A stretch of DNA of 64,000 bases. Origin: an uncultured Candidatus Saccharibacteria bacterium. GTDB lineage: Bacteria; Patescibacteriota; Minisyncoccia; Minisyncoccales; CAZKCU01. The stretch is taken from positions 3,081 to 67,080 of the forward strand of contig CAZKCU010000002.1 of assembly GCA_964551595.1 (NCBI GenBank). Direction: 5' to 3'. Made by a program: the position numbers and the translations under genes. This document shows, piece by piece, positions 61,630 through 64,000 of this stretch (position 1 is its first letter; each line of letters opens with the position of its first letter). Below the pieces are notes generated by a model. It did no database searches. It had not been told where the DNA came from and worked only from the letters and a program-made list of their open reading frames with translations.

Positions 61630-63345
61630 TTATTTATTAAACTCTATCTCTTTTTCAACTTTTTTAATGAATTTATTCAACTTTATCATTCCGACATCAC
61701 CTTTTTTTCTTTCCCTGACTCTGACAGACTTCTCTTTCGTTTCTTTATCTCCAACCACTAATAAATAAGGAATTTTTTGAATTTCACCATTACGAATTTT
61801 TTTGGAAACGGTTTCATTTTCATCCTTGACCTTCACTCGATAGCCGATGTTAGACATCCGATGTCCAACATCTCGGGCGTATTTTTTATGGCGAGAGCCA
61901 ACTGGAATTATCCAGATTTGGACAGGGGCTAGCCACAAAGGCAGGGCGTCGGAATAATGCTCTAATAAAACACCAATAAATCTTTCAATTGAACCCAAAA
62001 TAGCTCTGTGAATCATTATTGGACGCTGTTTTTTCCCTTTCTGGTCAATGTAAGTCATATCAAAGCGTTCAGGTAAGTTAAAATCAATTTGAATTGTTGT
62101 ACACTGCCAAGGTCTGCCCAGAGAGTCTTTAATTTTAATATCAATTTTCGGACCATAAAATACGCCCCCACCCGGGTCAATTTGGTATTTTAACTTCAAA
62201 TTTTTTAAAACATATTTTAAAGCATTTGTAGCTTCCCCCCAACTCTTTAATGTCCCAGCGTATTTTTCTGGTCGGGTAGAAAGATAAATATCAAACTTCT
62301 TAAAACCAAAAGTTTTGAGGATTTTTAAACCATATTTTAAGAGTTTTGTAGTTTGTTCAGATAACTGATCTGGTGTGCACCAAATATGATTATCATCTTG
62401 GGTAAAACCTCTTACTCTTGTTAAGCCATGTAAAACTCCTGATTTTTCGTAACGATAAACCGTCCCCAATTCAGCATATTTAATTGGTAAATTTTTATAG
62501 CTCCGAATTTCAGATTTATATATTTTTACGTGAAAAGGGCAGTTCATTGGTTTTAACAAATACTCGTCCTGGTCAATTTTAATAGGGGAATACATACTTT
62601 CTCGGTATAAATTCCAATGACCAGAAGTCTGCCATAAGTCTAATTTTCCAATATGAGGACTGACTACCCATTGATATCCCTGAGAAGTTAGTTCTTGATA
62701 TAAATAATCTTCAATTATCTTTCGCAAAATTGCCCCTTTTGGATGCCATAAAGGAAGGCCAGCCCCAACTTCTTCATCAAAAGAAAATAATTCTAATTTC
62801 TGGCCTAAAATTCGATGGTCCCTTTTTTCAGCTGTTTCCTGTCTTTCTAAAAATTCATTGAGTTCTTTTTTAGTTTTGAAAGCTATTCCGTAAATTCGGG
62901 TAAGCATCGGGTTCTTTTCTGAGCCTCGCCAATAGGCACCTGCTATTTTAGTTAATTTGAAAGCCTCCGGGTTAATTTCTTTTGTTGATTTTATATGAGG
63001 ACCTTTACATAAATCTGTAAATTTTCCACTTTCATAAATCGTTACATTTTTTCCCTTAAATTTCTTTATTAGTTCTAATTTGTAGGGTTGATTCTTGAAT
63101 ATCTTTTTAGCTTCTGATTTAGTAATAATTTTCTTTTTAAAGACAATATTCTGTTTAATAATTTCTCTCATTTTATTTTCAATTTTTGGCAAATCTTCAA
63201 GCGTTAAACTTTTTGGCAAATCAAAATCATAGTAAAAACCGTTTTCAATAGCAGGCCCAATACCAAATTTGGTTTTAGGATACAACTCCTGAACCGCGGC
63301 AGCTAAAATATGAGCTAAGGAATGGCGAATAGTTTCTATTTTCAT
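61630..63345 (-). CDS. thrS: threonyl-tRNA synthetase lacking the N-terminal TGS domain
   Basis: It starts at the editing-domain HxxxH (RHSLAHILA), has CKGPH, and carries the class II core with an anticodon-binding domain. Confidence 0.95.
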   Translation of the reverse strand: MKIETIRHSLAHILAAAVQELYPKTKFGIGPAIENGFYYDFDLPKSLTLEDLPKIENKMREIIKQNIVFKKKIITKSEAKKIFKNQPYKLELIKKFKGKNVTIYESGKFTDLCKGPHIKSTKEINPEAFKLTKIAGAYWRGSEKNPMLTRIYGIAFKTKKELNEFLERQETAEKRDHRILGQKLELFSFDEEVGAGLPLWHPKGAILRKIIEDYLYQELTSQGYQWVVSPHIGKLDLWQTSGHWNLYRESMYSPIKIDQDEYLLKPMNCPFHVKIYKSEIRSYKNLPIKYAELGTVYRYEKSGVLHGLTRVRGFTQDDNHIWCTPDQLSEQTTKLLKYGLKILKTFGFKKFDIYLSTRPEKYAGTLKSWGEATNALKYVLKNLKLKYQIDPGGGVFYGPKIDIKIKDSLGRPWQCTTIQIDFNLPERFDMTYIDQKGKKQRPIMIHRAILGSIERFIGVLLEHYSDALPLWLAPVQIWIIPVGSRHKKYARDVGHRMSNIGYRVKVKDENETVSKKIRNGEIQKIPYLLVVGDKETKEKSVRVRERKKGDVGMIKLNKFIKKVEKEIEFNK

Positions 63346-64000
63346 TTTTCTACGATTTCTTCGATGTCATCGCAAATTAATTTTGGGATGCCATCTCGGC
63401 TATTAACCCGACCTGAGACCAAGACGATTTTATTTTCCTGAAAAGCTGCGGGATTTTTTTCAATTATTCCGGGAAAGACAATTACTTCGATTTTATCATC
63501 AAGGTCTTCTAATTTCATAAAAAGCATTGGTTTACCTGTTTTAGTAATAATTCTTTTAATTGAAGAAATGAAACCGCCAACTTTAACTGGACGATTTGCC
63601 AAAATAGTTTTTATTTTGAGAATAGATTGGGCTTTCTTTTCTAAGACTTTTTTGAAATTTTCTAAAGGATGAGAACTGACAAAAAGACCCAATAATTCTT
63701 TTTCCCAGGCTAATTTTTCAGCTTTGCCAGCTTCCTTTACCGGATTAAATCGGAAGTTTGTATTTTGACTTATTCCATCAAAAAGACCTCTTTGGCCATT
63801 AGCTTTGACTCTTTGTGTTTCTCTAGCAGATTCCAGTAATCTTTCTAAATTAAATAAAAGTTGATTTCTTTCGGCTAATTTATCAAAAACTCCGGCCTTA
63901 ATTAAACTCTCTAAAGATTTTTTATTTAAATCTTTAGAATTAACTCGGCTAATAAAATCAGCAACTGATTGATAGGGTCCTTTTTCTTTTCTCTCTTGAA
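63342..64000 (-). CDS. dnaE: DNA polymerase III alpha subunit, C-terminal part (5' end outside window)
   Basis: I translated the frame by hand and it stays open to the window edge (…GPYQSVADFISRVNSKDLNKKSLESLIKAGVFD…SSHPL…OB-fold). The TTG at 63692 in the ORF track is internal. Confidence 0.9.
   Translation of the reverse strand, partial: QERKEKGPYQSVADFISRVNSKDLNKKSLESLIKAGVFDKLAERNQLLFNLERLLESARETQRVKANGQRGLFDGISQNTNFRFNPVKEAGKAEKLAWEKELLGLFVSSHPLENFKKVLEKKAQSILKIKTILANRPVKVGGFISSIKRIITKTGKPMLFMKLEDLDDKIEVIVFPGIIEKNPAAFQENKIVLVSGRVNSRDGIPKLICDDIEEIVEK

Overview
AT-rich bacterial window that looks like a reduced Patescibacteria/CPR-type genome. This placement is inferred from no L30 between rpsE and rplO, an archaeal-type ProRS, the gatCAB route, shortened AlaRS and ThrRS, and Lys-rich tails on many ribosomal proteins. 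The standard genetic code fits, since TGA terminates full-length conserved genes. The backbone is the str/S10/spc/alpha ribosomal-protein supercluster: rpsL-rpsG-fusA-tuf-rpsJ...rplO-secY-adk-map, then about 8 kb of other genes, then infA-rpmJ-rpsM-rpsK-rpsD-rpoA-rplQ-rplM-rpsI. Downstream are housekeeping genes: murA, two mreB paralogs, holB, frr, an M50 protease, proS, gatCAB, pheST, gyrB, secE-nusG-rplK, a dcd/ThyX-like/dut-like/tmk/deoC deoxypyrimidine operon, a short mraZ-like gene, a miaB-miaA fusion, thrS and partial dnaE. I found four tRNAs (Pro-GGG, an initiator-like CAU, a CAU elongator and Asp-GTC). There is no rRNA, CRISPR array, transposase or integrase. Two sub-threshold genes (rpmC, rpmJ) were recovered by hand, and several ORF-track starts were trimmed to internal ATGs, often ATGA stop/start overlaps. 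The unusual part is non-coding. The operons, normally tightly packed, carry several families of GC-rich, hairpin-rich repeats. (A) is a five-copy, strand-specific, modular 137-214 nt element that always ends at a start codon, with compensatory stem changes between copies. A ~45-nt core box occurs in both orientations and also forms the in-frame linker of the miaB-miaA fusion. (B) and (C) are two-copy palindromic elements of 144-164 nt. (D) is a 67-bp MITE-like element flanked by TTGA, whose right flank forms a promoter -35 box. There are also short mobile hairpins and 7-nt tandem repeats, some inserted in frame in conserved genes. Other candidates are a promoter/terminator-bounded 6S-like ncRNA, an initiator-like tRNA with non-canonical loops, an RpoA without a recognisable alpha-CTD, two leaderless-type promoter layouts, and a recurrent SD-less start context ATTACCACT-ATG. 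All calls rest on reading the sequence and the translated ORFs by eye; no database search or folding computation was run.
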